A DNA stretch of 64,000 nucleotides from an uncultured Spirochaetota bacterium (GCA_963845535.1 CAWJSK010000015.1:352001-416000), one strand, 5' to 3'. Counted from the first letter of the stretch, positions 29,634 through 40,715 are shown. Made by a program: numbers and translations. The notes: generated by a model from the letters alone, not told the origin.

Positions 29634-31653
29634 ATGCAAGGCCCCATGAACGCCCTTCAGTTCGAGAAAAGCCCCTATCTTCTCCAGCACGCAACCAATC
29701 CGGTGGACTGGCATCCCTGGGGCGAGGAGGCGTTCCGCAAGGCCCGTGACGGGCGCAAGCCCATCTTCCTCTCCATCGGCTACTCCACCTGCCACTGGTG
29801 CCACGTGATGGAGCATGAATCCTTCGAGGATGTCCAGGTGGCGTCCCTCATGAACGAGACTTTCGTCTCGATCAAGGTGGACCGCGAAGAGCGGCCCGAC
29901 CTCGACGCTCATTACATGACAGCCTGCCAGCTCATGACGGGATCCGGGGGCTGGCCCCTCACCATCGTCATGACTCCGGAAGGCACCCCTTTCTTCGCGG
30001 GGACGTATTTCCCGAAGGAAAGCGGGTTCGGCCACGTGGGGATGCTGGACCTCGTGCCCCGGATCCGGGAGTTGTGGGAGACGCGGCGTGACGAGCTTGT
30101 CTCCTCGGGGGCCACCGTTGCCGCCGCGCTCGCCGAGGAGGCGCAGCGTTCCAGCGCAGGAAGCCGCGTTCGACCGCAGCACGGTCATAAGCGCCGCGCG
30201 CGCGGTTGCAGCACGGTTCGACCCGGCGCACGGCGGCTTCGGCTCGGCGCCGAAGTTTCCCATGGCGAGCGTCTATCCGCTCCTGCTGCGTGCGGGGAAG
30301 AGAGAGGGGAACGAACGGACCCTTGGGATGGTCGAAAGCTCTTTGATGGCCATGCGCAACGGCGGGATATACGACCAGGTGGGATTTGGTTTCCATCGCT
30401 ACTCCACTGACGCCGAGTGGCGCGTCCCCCACTTCGAGAAGATGCTCTACGACCAGGCGCTCCTCTGCATGGCGTACGTCGATGCATGGCAGGCAACGGG
30501 GAAAGACTTCTACCGGCAAACGGCGCTGGAGATCTGCGCGTACGTGCTCCGCGACATGAGCTCACCCGAGGGCGGGTTTTTCACCGCGGAGGACGCCGAC
30601 AGCGAAGGGGAGGAGGGGAAGTTTTACCTCTGGACACGGGCGGAGATCGAGGCAGTCCTGTCAACGGAAGAGCTGCGGGAGTTCGACCAGCGCTACACGC
30701 CCGCGGGCGATGGGCAGCTCATCCTCCACCGGGACCCTGCACAGTCGGCCCTTCCCGACCACATTGAGGGAGCGCTCCTCAGGCGGAGGCTTGCCCGGCA
30801 GCGGCCTTCCCGGGATGACAAGATCCTTTCGGATTGGAACGGTCTCATGATCGCGGCGCTCGCCAGGGCAGGCGGCGCATTCGAGGACCCGCCCCTGCTC
30901 GACGCCGCCGTTCGGGCCGCGGACTTCGTCCTGCAGCGCCTCGTCGACGCGAACGGCTGGCTCCTGCACCGCTACCGCGACGGAGAGGCTGCCATCCCCG
31001 CATTTGCCGACGACTACCTCCTCCTCGTCTGGGGGCTTCTGGAGCTGTACGAAGCCACCTTCCAGGTCCGATGGCTGCGGGAAGCCGTTCGATTCCTGGA
31101 TGAGGCGCTTGCCCGATTCTGGGATGCAGACCTGGCCGGATTCTTTCAGACCGCGCACGACGCGCCAGGTGGCCTGGGCAGCCGCATCAAGCCAATCGTC
31201 GACAACGTCATTCCTTCCGCCAATTCCGTTGCCGTGCTCGTCCTCACGAAGCTTGCCGAGATAACAGGCCAGGAGAAGTACCGCGCCCAGGCGGGATCCG
31301 TCATTGCCCTCTATCCGCCGGAGGCGGAATCGAACGCATTGTCCTTTTCGTTCTTCCTCTCAGCCCTCGACTTCTATGTGGGCCCGACTTTCCAGGTCGT
31401 CATTGCGGGAGACCCCGATGATCCGCAGACCCTCGAGATGGTCCGGGCGCTTCGCGGACGCTACCTGCCGAACGCGTCAGTGGTGCTTCGGCCGACGAAC
31501 GAGGCGGAGCCGGAGATCGTGAGCATTGCGCCGTACTCCGCGCCCCAGGGCCTGATGAACGGAAGGGCCACCGCGTACGTGTGCTCGGGTTGGGCTTGTA
31601 CGCTCCCCACCAATGACCCCGCCGTCATGCTCCGAATCCTCGCTTCATCCTGA
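29634..31653 (+). CDS. Thioredoxin-domain protein, YyaL/SSP411 family (frameshift at ~30135-30160)
   Basis: [29 protein letters not shown] and GGWPLT in the first [33 protein letters not shown] and [10 protein letters not shown] in the second. Confidence 0.9.
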
Positions 31654-32676
31654 GTCCGTCTTTTCCAGTTTCGCATACAGGGAGTCAATGATCTCCGCAA
31701 GAGGGAACGGGTTCGCATGCTCAGGCGGGCAGCTTTCCCGCCCGGTGTCCAGGTTCTGGTCCCCCACGAGCTGGGCGAGGCCTTCCGGCGATGCCTGTCC
31801 TGAAAGCACACGGTACGTTTCCTGGAGCAGGTGGATGGAAACACCGAGGGCTTCCTCGTACAGGTCGATGAAGCTTGCCGTGGAGACGGTGGCAGAGTCG
31901 CAGGGATGGCACCACGTTGCATGGTGGAGGTTCAGGAAGTCGTGCTCCGGCGGAATGTCGCGGGGATGAAGGAGCGCGATGCGCCTCTGCGTGAAGCCCT
32001 CCTTGCGGTCCTTGCGGTAGGCAAGCCTGGCGATATCGGGGTTGAGGTGATTCGTGAGCTTGTAGAAGAAAATGGTGTCGTGGTAGGCGTTCTGCACGCG
32101 CAGCCGGTCCCGGCTTTTATAGTTGTACGAAGGGTAGATGGCGTTCAGCCCTTTGACCAGGGCCTTCACAACCGGGTAGGGGAGCATTTTCCCGCACCGC
32201 ACGAGAGACAGGAAATCGAAATCATCCAGCGACCTGCCGAAGCGGCTCTGGAGCACCATCACGTCGAGGATCCGTTCCAGGAAGGGATGGGAGTGGAAGT
32301 ATCGCTTCGTGTGCGCATCCCTCGGATCCACCCAGCCGGAGAAATAGCCGATGTAAGGGTGCGTGGATCGGTCCAGAGGGCCATGGGTGAGGAAACCCAG
32401 GATGTACGCGGATAGCTCGGAGCCGGGACCGACTCCGAGCCGAAGGGCCTCGCGCGTCATCTGCTCCACAAGGCTGCCGAAGCCGCGCCGGTGCAGGGCC
32501 ACCCCATAGCGCAGGCCGGTGGGCATGGTCCGTTGATTATGATAGAAGAAATCCGGCCCCTGGGCTCCGAAGCGGAAAATGTTCCCGTGCGCGCCCAGGA
32601 TGGATTGCGCCTTGTCCCCCAAGGCGGCCCGCAGCGCTTCCTCAGCAAAAAGAAGATGAGTGAAATGCGCAGGCAT
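31645..32676 (-). CDS. Zinc-dependent phospholipase C family protein
   Basis: MPAHFTH, GAQGPDFF, GFLTH..LD..HPY and H..LE..LD motifs. Confidence 0.75.
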   Translation of the reverse strand: MPAHFTHLLFAEEALRAALGDKAQSILGAHGNIFRFGAQGPDFFYHNQRTMPTGLRYGVALHRRGFGSLVEQMTREALRLGVGPGSELSAYILGFLTHGPLDRSTHPYIGYFSGWVDPRDAHTKRYFHSHPFLERILDVMVLQSRFGRSLDDFDFLSLVRCGKMLPYPVVKALVKGLNAIYPSYNYKSRDRLRVQNAYHDTIFFYKLTNHLNPDIARLAYRKDRKEGFTQRRIALLHPRDIPPEHDFLNLHHATWCHPCDSATVSTASFIDLYEEALGVSIHLLQETYRVLSGQASPEGLAQLVGDQNLDTGRESCPPEHANPFPLAEIIDSLYAKLEKTDSG

Positions 32677-32803
32677 ACTTTGAACATAACATAACGGCGT
32701 CCGAGAATCAGCCAGTCGAGAAGCCGGTCACGTCTGCGCCGACGCGCCGGCACAACGCGCCCCCTTGACTTTTTTCCGAGCGCCAATCAATGTGCCGATA
32801 TTC

Positions 32804-32876
<73 letters not shown>

Positions 32877-32996
32877 GTATCAGCCACCAGTTTTGAAGCC
32901 GCGGTTGCCACACAAAGCGTTCGCGAGCGCTCTGTTTCCCTTTGCTCTCTTGCAGAAGGATCGCGCCGCGCGGACAGCGGCGTTCCACCAACCCGA

Positions 32997-33731
32997 TCAG
33001 TGGCCGGGCAAGGCTGACGGCTGTGGAGGTGTTGCAGGCACGGTGGCTCCCACGGTGTATGGACCCGCAAGCACGCCGTACCCGCCCCGCGAATTGTTTG
33101 CATATACGCGGAAGGTGAATCCCTGCGTCAGCGCCGGGGTGGAAGCGACCATTTTCTGGATGCTTGGCGCGGGCCCTTTGCGCGTAGCGGGAAAGTTTGC
33201 GACGAACTTCCCGTCTCTTCCATAGGTCCAGATCTCGACGGGGTCGTATGCCCCGGTCACAAGGATTGCCCCGTCTTTCACCGCGGCGCCGGGGTACGCC
33301 GCATCCGAGGCGGAGATCACCCGGGATGGCAGCGTGAAGCTCTGTTCCACCGTGTCGCCGCCGGCGTTCTGGAGGAGGACCCGATAGCTGCCCGCCGGCA
33401 CGGCCTGCGCGGCCGGCATGACGAGGTTGTTCGAGCCGATCCATGTCTCACCCTCCGCGGTGGAGGATATCCACGAATTGCTCTCCACTTTCCAGAAAAG
33501 CTCGGCGTCGTCGTTTATCACGTAAAAGGTGCGAAGGTTTTCCACTCCGTCGGGATCACTTGCAACCAGAAAGACACTCAACCCCTCGGAGTTGGCGCCG
33601 GTAGCCGTATCATGCTGATAGATGATGCGCGCGTAGACGCGGGAGATATCCGGCGGCTTGTTGGAACAGCCGGCAAGCAGCGCCAGGGCAACCGCGGCGG
33701 CTGCTCCCGCCATTCGAAGCTCCCCCCTCAC
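32997..33731 (-). CDS. Putative lipoprotein of unknown function
   Basis: Lipobox ALLAG-C after a hydrophobic stretch. GTG 33731 overlaps the tdk stop; alternative ATG at 33713. Confidence 0.75.
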   Translation of the reverse strand: MRGELRMAGAAAAVALALLAGCSNKPPDISRVYARIIYQHDTATGANSEGLSVFLVASDPDGVENLRTFYVINDDAELFWKVESNSWISSTAEGETWIGSNNLVMPAAQAVPAGSYRVLLQNAGGDTVEQSFTLPSRVISASDAAYPGAAVKDGAILVTGAYDPVEIWTYGRDGKFVANFPATRKGPAPSIQKMVASTPALTQGFTFRVYANNSRGGYGVLAGPYTVGATVPATPPQPSALPGH

Positions 33732-34885
33732 GCGCGCTCCAGGACCGTCGCGCGGCGGCAGTCCGACAGGCGCCGACGCAGATAATCGAGATCGAGGTCG
33801 AGCTCTTCCACCAGGCGGAGGAAGAGGTCGTTGGGAATGAGGTTCTGCTCGGTGAAAAGGAAGAGGAGCGCCTTTTCCGCAATGCACGACACGCGCAAGG
33901 AGTTCATCATTACCTCATCCGAACGTGCCCGCTCCGAGGTGTCTTCCGCCGAGTGAGTGCAATAGAGCCCGCTGAAATGCTGATACAGCCGGGATTTTTC
34001 CAGGTTGCCTCGAATGAGGGACAGCTCCTCCCGAAGCGGCGCGGGGTCACCGCGGGACGCCGCCTCTCCGAGAGGCTTCAGGTGGAGGAACGTGTACTCC
34101 TTGCCCGGCAGGTAGTGATGGTCGTCACAGCGCGTGCAATAGTTGGGCTCCCGCGGGTCCCGAGTTTCCTTGTCACCGCCAATCACCAGCAGGGGATCAA
34201 AGTACAGTGCGGGGCATTCGCGGTCATCCACCGTGTAGAAGCGATACGTGTAGTACGAATCCTCCAGGCACTCGGGGTGCTCGCAGTACGCGGTCAGGGG
34301 GAAGACGTCCGTCGCCGTGTCCAGGAGAAGCTTGGCCGTGGTGTTGAAGATCTCACGGCGGAAGTTCAGGACGAGTGACGGGAAAATGAACGTCAGCCCG
34401 CGCGAGCGGGACGCGTTTTCCACGACGTAGGCAAGCCGCTCCTCGTAGAAAGAGGCTTCATCCACCACCCACGTGCCGACACCGGGGTTTTCCGCGATGA
34501 TCCGCTCGAGATCGAAAGAGTTGGAAATGGAGGCGATGTTTTTTCCGCAGCGAACAAATCCGCCCCGGTAAGGAAGCGCGTCCGCAGGGTAGTCCGGAAA
34601 CCGCTGGGCGTCCAGGGCGGAGCGTATGAAAAACACGATCCTCCGGTCAGCGCCGTCGGTCCGAGCGCTCACGGCGGCCAGACCCGTCTTCTTGCGGGCA
34701 ACCTCAGAGTCACGCCAGATCCGCGCGGAGAACTCCGTCTTTCCCGAGCCCATGGAGCCGATCACAAGTATCCGCCGGGCGGGCCGGGAGAAGTCGAAAT
34801 GGTTGAACGAGCGGTGCACCCTCACCTCGGGGAAACCGAGGCTCTTGAGAAACTCCCGCGCCTCTGAACTTTCCAGATCCGGCAT
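33728..34885 (-). CDS. tdk: Thymidine kinase (long spirochaete type)
   Basis: GSMGSGKTE P-loop, VDEASF Walker B, LNFRREIF, AYCEHPEC...YCTRC.H zinc ligands. Confidence 0.82.
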   Translation of the reverse strand: MPDLESSEAREFLKSLGFPEVRVHRSFNHFDFSRPARRILVIGSMGSGKTEFSARIWRDSEVARKKTGLAAVSARTDGADRRIVFFIRSALDAQRFPDYPADALPYRGGFVRCGKNIASISNSFDLERIIAENPGVGTWVVDEASFYEERLAYVVENASRSRGLTFIFPSLVLNFRREIFNTTAKLLLDTATDVFPLTAYCEHPECLEDSYYTYRFYTVDDRECPALYFDPLLVIGGDKETRDPREPNYCTRCDDHHYLPGKEYTFLHLKPLGEAASRGDPAPLREELSLIRGNLEKSRLYQHFSGLYCTHSAEDTSERARSDEVMMNSLRVSCIAEKALLFLFTEQNLIPNDLFLRLVEELDLDLDYLRRRLSDCRRATVLERA

Positions 34886-34924
34886 TGCCCGGTGAGGATA
34901 TCGTCCCCCGCGGGCGCAGTCAAC

Positions 34925-34972
34925 AATTGACACCCCAACATAATTGACACCCCAAAGGCGGCGACCTACAGT
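34925..34972 (+). promoter_or_regulatory. Duplicated -35 block and sigma70 promoter of the ATPase
   Basis: AATTGACACCCCAA at 34925-38 and 34942-55; the second TTGACA is followed by N17-TACAGT. Confidence 0.65.
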
Positions 34973-34984
34973 CGGGGAGCCCAT

Positions 34985-37552
34985 ATGGCGTTGACAGGAG
35001 ACAATGTAAAAGATTTGCGGGGACTCTCCGAGGAACAGGCGCGGGAAGCCCTTCGCGTGCACGGCTGGAACGAGCTTCCGTCAGCAGGGAAGCGCGGCAT
35101 TCTGGCCATCGTGGCAGGCGTGGTGAAGGAACCGATGTTCCTCCTCCTCCTTGCCTGTGGCGCTCTGTACCTTGTGCTGGGAGACGTGCAGGAGGCTGCC
35201 ATGCTCCTGGGCTTCGTGATCGTGATCATGGGGATCACGATCTACCAGGAGCAGAAGACGGAGAACACGCTGCAGGCGCTACGTGACCTGGCCAGCCCGC
35301 GCGCCCTGGTCATCCGGGACGGTGAGAGGCGCCGCATTCCCGGGCGTGAAGTTGCCCCGGGGGATCTCATTGTCCTGGCGGAAGGAGACAGGGTCCCCGC
35401 TGACGCAGTCCTCCTCTGGGAGATCAACCTGTCGGTGGATGAATCCCTTCTGACCGGAGAATCTGTCCCGGTCCGGAAGGCCGCGGCAGAGGAAAGCACG
35501 GAAATGCAGAAGCCCGGCGGAGACGATCTTCCCTGCGTTTTTTCCGGAACACTCGTCGTGCACGGACAGGGCGTGGCCGTGGCGAAAGGGACCGGCGTCT
35601 CCTCCGAGATTGGCAGTATTGGCAAGGCCCTCCAGGCAGTGGAGCAGGAACAGACCCCTCTCCAGAAGGAGACGGGGGCAATCGTGCGCGCCATCTTCGT
35701 GGGGGCGCTCGTGCTCTGCGCTGCCCTCGTCACGGTGTACGGCGTCACCCGTCACGACTGGCTCGGCGGGTTCCTCTCCGGCATCACGCTCGCCATGGCG
35801 GTGCTGCCCGAGGAGTTTCCCGTCGTTCTCACGATCTTCCTGGCGTTGGGAGCGTGGCGCATCTCGCGCAACAACGTGCTGGCCCGCCGGATGGCCGCGG
35901 TGGAAACACTCGGAGCGGCAACGGTGCTCTGCACGGACAAGACGGGCACGCTCACGCAAAACCGGATGCGGATCCGCATGCTCCAGGCGGCGGGCCAGCC
36001 CCTCGATGTCACGGACGGCCCCGGGGATCTGCCGGAGTCATTCCACGAGCTGCTCGAATACGGGATCCTCGCAAGCCAGCAGGACCCCTTTGATCCCATG
36101 GAGAAAGCCATTCACGAAGTAGGGGCGGGGAAGCTCACCAATACGGAGCACATTCACACCAGCTGGACGCTGGCCCAGCAGTATCCCCTCTCACGGAACC
36201 TGCTTGCCCTCTCCCACGCCTGGAAGTCGAAGGACGGCGCCGGCTACGTGGTGGCCACAAAAGGCGCACCGGAGGCCGTTGCAGACCTGTGCCATCTCGA
36301 TGAGAAGGGAAGGGAGCGGCTCGCAGGACGCGTTCAAGCCATGGCGGACAAAGGGCTGCGGGTGATCGGGGTGGCAAAAGCCGCTTTCCATGATGCCGAC
36401 CTTCCCGACCTGGCGCATGATTTTCCCTTCCAGCTCATTGGCATCATCGGCCTGGAGGACCCCGTGCGGCCCACGGTGCCAGCCGCCGTGAAGGAGTGCG
36501 CCGAGGCGGGGATCAGGGTGGTCATGATCACGGGGGACTACCCGGCAACCGCGCAAAAGATTGCAGAGCAGATCGGCCTTGGTCCGGGCGGGACGATTAC
36601 CGGGCCCGAGCTGGACCGCATGTCCGGCCCGGATCTCGCCGAGCGCGTCGCGGAGGCCGGCATTTTCGCGCGCGTCGTGCCGGAGCAGAAGCTCGCCATT
36701 GTGAATGCCTTCAAGTCGCGGGGAGAGATCGTGGCCATGACCGGTGACGGCGTGAACGACGCCCCTGCGCTGAAAGCGGCCCACATCGGGGTGGCCATGG
36801 GCAATCGCGGAACGGATGTCGCGCGCGAGGCTTCCGACCTCGTCCTGCTGGATGACGATTTTTCTTCAATAGTAAAGGCCGTGAGGATGGGCAGGCGCAT
36901 CTTCGACAACCTGCGAAAGGCAATGGCGTACGTTATCAGCGTCCACATCCCCATTGCCCTCGCTTCCCTGCTCCCCGTCCTCCTTCAGTGGAAGGAGATG
37001 ATCCTTTTTCCCGTGCACATTGTTTTCCTCGAGCTCGTCATCGACCCGGCCTGTTCGGTGGTCTTCGAGGCCGAGCCGGCCGAGGGGGACATCATGAGGA
37101 GAAAACCCCGGGGTCCCCAGGAGCGTCTGTTTGGGCCGCGGGGGCTCATCATCAGCTGCCTCCAGGGGCTCATGGCGTTCGCGGCGGTCATGGGCGTGCA
37201 TTGGGTCGCGCTCCTGCTCGGACAGAGCCTTGCCGAGGCCCGCACCCTGGCTTTCATCACGCTCATTGTCTCAAACCTCTCGCTGATCCTCACCAACAGA
37301 AGCTGGTCGAACACGGCCTGGTCTGCTTTCCGTGCGAGCAACCCGGCGCTTCTTTGGGTGGTTGGGGGAGCTCTTGTTTTCCTTTCCCTCGTTGTCTCCG
37401 TGCCCGGCCTGCGCGACCTGTTCCACTTTGCCCCCATGCACCTCGTGGACGTTGCCATCGCGCTCGTCGCGGGGCTCGTGAGCATTGCATGGTTCGAGGC
37501 TGCAAAAGTCCTCATGAGGCGCCGAAAGCGCGGGGTTGGCGGACAAGGATGA
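34985..37552 (+). CDS. Cation-transporting P-type ATPase (type II, Ca2+-like)
   Basis: TGES, PEEFP, DKTGTLT, KGAPE, MITGD and TGDGVNDAPAL motifs. Confidence 0.95.
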   Translation: MALTGDNVKDLRGLSEEQAREALRVHGWNELPSAGKRGILAIVAGVVKEPMFLLLLACGALYLVLGDVQEAAMLLGFVIVIMGITIYQEQKTENTLQALRDLASPRALVIRDGERRRIPGREVAPGDLIVLAEGDRVPADAVLLWEINLSVDESLLTGESVPVRKAAAEESTEMQKPGGDDLPCVFSGTLVVHGQGVAVAKGTGVSSEIGSIGKALQAVEQEQTPLQKETGAIVRAIFVGALVLCAALVTVYGVTRHDWLGGFLSGITLAMAVLPEEFPVVLTIFLALGAWRISRNNVLARRMAAVETLGAATVLCTDKTGTLTQNRMRIRMLQAAGQPLDVTDGPGDLPESFHELLEYGILASQQDPFDPMEKAIHEVGAGKLTNTEHIHTSWTLAQQYPLSRNLLALSHAWKSKDGAGYVVATKGAPEAVADLCHLDEKGRERLAGRVQAMADKGLRVIGVAKAAFHDADLPDLAHDFPFQLIGIIGLEDPVRPTVPAAVKECAEAGIRVVMITGDYPATAQKIAEQIGLGPGGTITGPELDRMSGPDLAERVAEAGIFARVVPEQKLAIVNAFKSRGEIVAMTGDGVNDAPALKAAHIGVAMGNRGTDVAREASDLVLLDDDFSSIVKAVRMGRRIFDNLRKAMAYVISVHIPIALASLLPVLLQWKEMILFPVHIVFLELVIDPACSVVFEAEPAEGDIMRRKPRGPQERLFGPRGLIISCLQGLMAFAAVMGVHWVALLLGQSLAEARTLAFITLIVSNLSLILTNRSWSNTAWSAFRASNPALLWVVGGALVFLSLVVSVPGLRDLFHFAPMHLVDVAIALVAGLVSIAWFEAAKVLMRRRKRGVGGQG

Positions 37553-37568
37553 GGTGCTCGCCGGAAGG

Positions 37569-40500
37569 TTAGCCGAAAAGTTTGAGCTGGTCGTCCTGCT
37601 TTCCCTGGCGTAAGGGGCGGGAAACCTCCTCGCGGCACTCCTCGGGGATCTCCGCCAGGAACGGACTGGGGCGGGCGGAGGCAAGCACGCCATGAACCAT
37701 GCGCTGTGCGCAGTGCGTGATGAAAAGTGCATCCCGCGCCCGGGTGAGCGCCACGTAGAAAAGACGCCGCTCCTCATCCGGATCATCCCCCATGGGGATG
37801 ATCCCTTCCTCCGCCCCGGCAATGAACACCACGGGGAACTCGAGCCCTTTGGCCGCGTGGAACGTGAGGAGCTTCACCCGCTCCACCGTGCGGGCCCCTT
37901 CGCTTTCCCGCGTGAGGAGGGAAAGATGCGCCAGGAAAGAGGGGAGGTCGTTTCCGTGCTCCCGCGCGCTCTCCCGGATGGCCTCGTCAGCAAGCGCAAT
38001 CTCGGGGACCCCCGTGTCGAAAGGAACAAGCCCGTTCTTGATCTCATCGATTGCAGGCTCGATTCCGCGGGAGGCAACCACGGCCCGAAGATCATCGAGC
38101 CTGCTCTGGAGGGCAGGGAGCTCTCCGGCAAGCTCCTTTCGTGAAACAGGATCCAACGGATTCACGATAAGCCTCAGGGCCGCCATCAGGCGGCAAAAAG
38201 GCTCTTCCTCAACAAGCGGCGTGCTGTCACGGAGAGAAAGAGGGAGCCCGGCCCGAAGCAAAGAAGGCAAGAGCGCATCCCGAACGGCCCGCGTCCGAAA
38301 AAGGATTGCGATGTCGGCAAAGGAATGACTCCCCGGCGCCGCTCCCTTCGTCCTGGCCCGCGCCGCATCCACGGAGACCGAGTCAACTCCGCCCACGAGG
38401 TCACGGATGCTGGAGGCGATTCTGTCTCCCTCTTCCGCTGGATTGGCTGCCCGAAACACGCGAATGGCTGCGCCGTCCGGCCTCTGCGCGCGCAGCGCCG
38501 GCGCTCCGGGCTCCCGACCGGGCGCGATAAGCGCTCCAGAGGCGCGCACGATGGTTGCCGAGGAACGATAATTGAGGTCAAGCGAAAAAACACGCGTGTC
38601 GGGCTGGTCGCGAAACTGGAAGAAAAGAGCGCGGTCCGAGCCGCGAAAGCCATATATGGCCTGGTCAGGATCACCAATACACAGGAGCGCCTCAGCGGTC
38701 TCCCCCAGCGCGGACAAGAGCTCGAATTGCGGCTTGTTGATGTCCTGCAGCTCATCGACGGCAATCGTGCTGAACTTCCGGCGCTGTTCGGAAAGGAACT
38801 CCGGGGATTCTCGAAAGACGCCCAGCGTCCTGACCACCAGGGATGAGACGTCCACGCCTCCGGTGTCCGTGCACAAGCTTTCGTAGGCCGTGATGGTCCC
38901 TCGAAGCGCCTCGTCCGGCTCCTCCATTCCCTCGTAGTACCGCTGGATTCGTTCGGCGGCAATCCGCGCGCGCGACGGCGTCTCAAGCCCTGGCAGCATC
39001 TCCAGGAGGGAGACGCGCTGCGAACCATTGTAGACGGTGACGAGCCGTGGGTCGCGCGCGCGAAGCCGGCCGAAGCAGAAGGAGTGGAAAGTCGCCGCGG
39101 TGACCGCTGCCGCCCGTGCGCCAAGGGCTGCCGTGAGCCTCTGGCGCATTTCGGCGGCTGCGCGAGCGGTGAAAGTGAGGGCGAGCACCTGCCGCGGATC
39201 ACAGAGACCCGTGTCGATGCGGCCGGCCACCCAGCTCGTGAGGAGCCTCGTCTTTCCCGTTCCCGGACCAGCAAAGACGAGCCCCTTTGCCGGCGCTGAG
39301 CTGACGATGGCTCGCTGCGCATCATCCAGGGATGCGGATCCGGCACCGGGTTCGACCCTCTCCACGAGGGCTGGGCTTGCTCCCGGGAAGGTCCCCTCGC
39401 GCTTTGCCCTGCCTCGCCGGGTGGCTTGCGCGGGGAAAAGCTCATCCTGGCCGCGCAGCCGTGCCAGCTCCTGGTCATCGAACATCCTGATGACGCCGAA
39501 CTCTCCGTCGTAGCCCGGGCTTGGTGTGACCTGGCCGCTTCGCATCCGACGGACTGCTTCGGCAATCAGAGGTCCCAGGGATTTTTCGATATCCTGGGGC
39601 GCGGATTCGAAGAGAAACGCGTATTCGCTTCCGAACGTGCGGATGACCTTGGCATGGAGCGCGCCCACCGCGCGTGACCCGGTGCCGCTGCCGGTGAGCT
39701 GGCCCAGGATTTCCGGCACGGGGATGAGGTAACGGAACCCGCCGGCGCCTTCCGGCGTGCGAGGCTCCGCGCGGTCCGCCAGCTCGAGCACCCTGTGGAG
39801 GACTCCCACGGTTATGGGCGCCCCGCATGCGGGACACGCGGTCCCGGACTTCAGCGTTTCCTCCGGGTCCAGGCAGACGCCGCATTTCCTGTGGCCGTCG
39901 AAATGGTACTTGCCTTCCTCCGGATAGAACTCGCACGTCCCGACAAACCCCTTGCCCGTCCGCAAGGCGCCCGCCACACCGTTCCAGCTCATGTCCGTTT
40001 CGAGGACATTCGCCTCTCTTCCCAGGTTGGGCGGGGAGTGCGCATCCGAGTTGGAGACGAGGCGATATCCATCCAGGGCGCCCCACCGCCAGTTCATTGG
40101 CGGATCCGAGGAGAGCCCCGTTTCCAGGGCAAAGATGTGCGTTGTGAGGTCTTCGAAGCAGTCCTCGATCCTGTCGAAACCGGACTTGGAGCCGAAGAGG
40201 GAGAACCACGGCGTCCAGATATGCGCGGGAATGAGAAAGCCTCCCGGGGAGACTTCAAGCAGGATTGAGAGGAGATCCTTGGGGTCCAGTCCGAGGATGG
40301 GTCTTCCGTCAGAGGCAATGTTGCCAATGGCGGAAAGCCGGGCGCCGAGCTTCCGCGCCTCTTCCAGGGTCTGCACCCCGATGAGCGAGTGGACCTTGCG
40401 TGTTGCCCCGCGTTTCTTGTAGATGGAGCTGATCTCAACGGTGAGGAGGAAGCGCACCGGAGCGTCCGCGGGTTGGGCGTTCTCCAGGGGGAAATCCCGC

Positions 40501-40706
40501 GGAGGCTCACGCAGCTCGAAAAGGCCGTCCTTCTCTACGAGCTTCTCTCCGAGCTCCTCCATCCACCGGGGATGCGTGAAGTCCCCCGTGCCGACGACGT
40601 TGATCCCCTTGAGCCGGGCCCATCGGTAGTAGCCTTCGAGATCGGCATCCCTGCTCGTGGCCCGCGAGTACCGGGAATGGACGTGCAGGTCCGCGACGAA
40701 CCGCAT
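37569..40706 (-). CDS. Fusion of a PHP/endonuclease Q-like nuclease and a UvrD/Rep-family helicase
   Basis: N-terminal DLHVHS, GTGDFTHP, AHIWTPW, ETGLS, NSDAHS, GKYH and CxxC..CxxC. C-terminal AGPGTGKT, TFT, DELQD, GDPDQAIYGFRG, NYRS, TFHAAKGLEF and EERRLFYVALTRA. Confidence 0.9.
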   Translation of the reverse strand: MRFVADLHVHSRYSRATSRDADLEGYYRWARLKGINVVGTGDFTHPRWMEELGEKLVEKDGLFELREPPRDFPLENAQPADAPVRFLLTVEISSIYKKRGATRKVHSLIGVQTLEEARKLGARLSAIGNIASDGRPILGLDPKDLLSILLEVSPGGFLIPAHIWTPWFSLFGSKSGFDRIEDCFEDLTTHIFALETGLSSDPPMNWRWGALDGYRLVSNSDAHSPPNLGREANVLETDMSWNGVAGALRTGKGFVGTCEFYPEEGKYHFDGHRKCGVCLDPEETLKSGTACPACGAPITVGVLHRVLELADRAEPRTPEGAGGFRYLIPVPEILGQLTGSGTGSRAVGALHAKVIRTFGSEYAFLFESAPQDIEKSLGPLIAEAVRRMRSGQVTPSPGYDGEFGVIRMFDDQELARLRGQDELFPAQATRRGRAKREGTFPGASPALVERVEPGAGSASLDDAQRAIVSSAPAKGLVFAGPGTGKTRLLTSWVAGRIDTGLCDPRQVLALTFTARAAAEMRQRLTAALGARAAAVTAATFHSFCFGRLRARDPRLVTVYNGSQRVSLLEMLPGLETPSRARIAAERIQRYYEGMEEPDEALRGTITAYESLCTDTGGVDVSSLVVRTLGVFRESPEFLSEQRRKFSTIAVDELQDINKPQFELLSALGETAEALLCIGDPDQAIYGFRGSDRALFFQFRDQPDTRVFSLDLNYRSSATIVRASGALIAPGREPGAPALRAQRPDGAAIRVFRAANPAEEGDRIASSIRDLVGGVDSVSVDAARARTKGAAPGSHSFADIAILFRTRAVRDALLPSLLRAGLPLSLRDSTPLVEEEPFCRLMAALRLIVNPLDPVSRKELAGELPALQSRLDDLRAVVASRGIEPAIDEIKNGLVPFDTGVPEIALADEAIRESAREHGNDLPSFLAHLSLLTRESEGARTVERVKLLTFHAAKGLEFPVVFIAGAEEGIIPMGDDPDEERRLFYVALTRARDALFITHCAQRMVHGVLASARPSPFLAEIPEECREEVSRPLRQGKQDDQLKLFG

Positions 40707-40715
40707 GCCGACCCG

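Noticed and set aside
37569..40706. Anti-phage defence system (nuclease-helicase)
   Set aside because: Housekeeping neighbourhood, genome-typical GC and no partner defence genes; a repair role fits better
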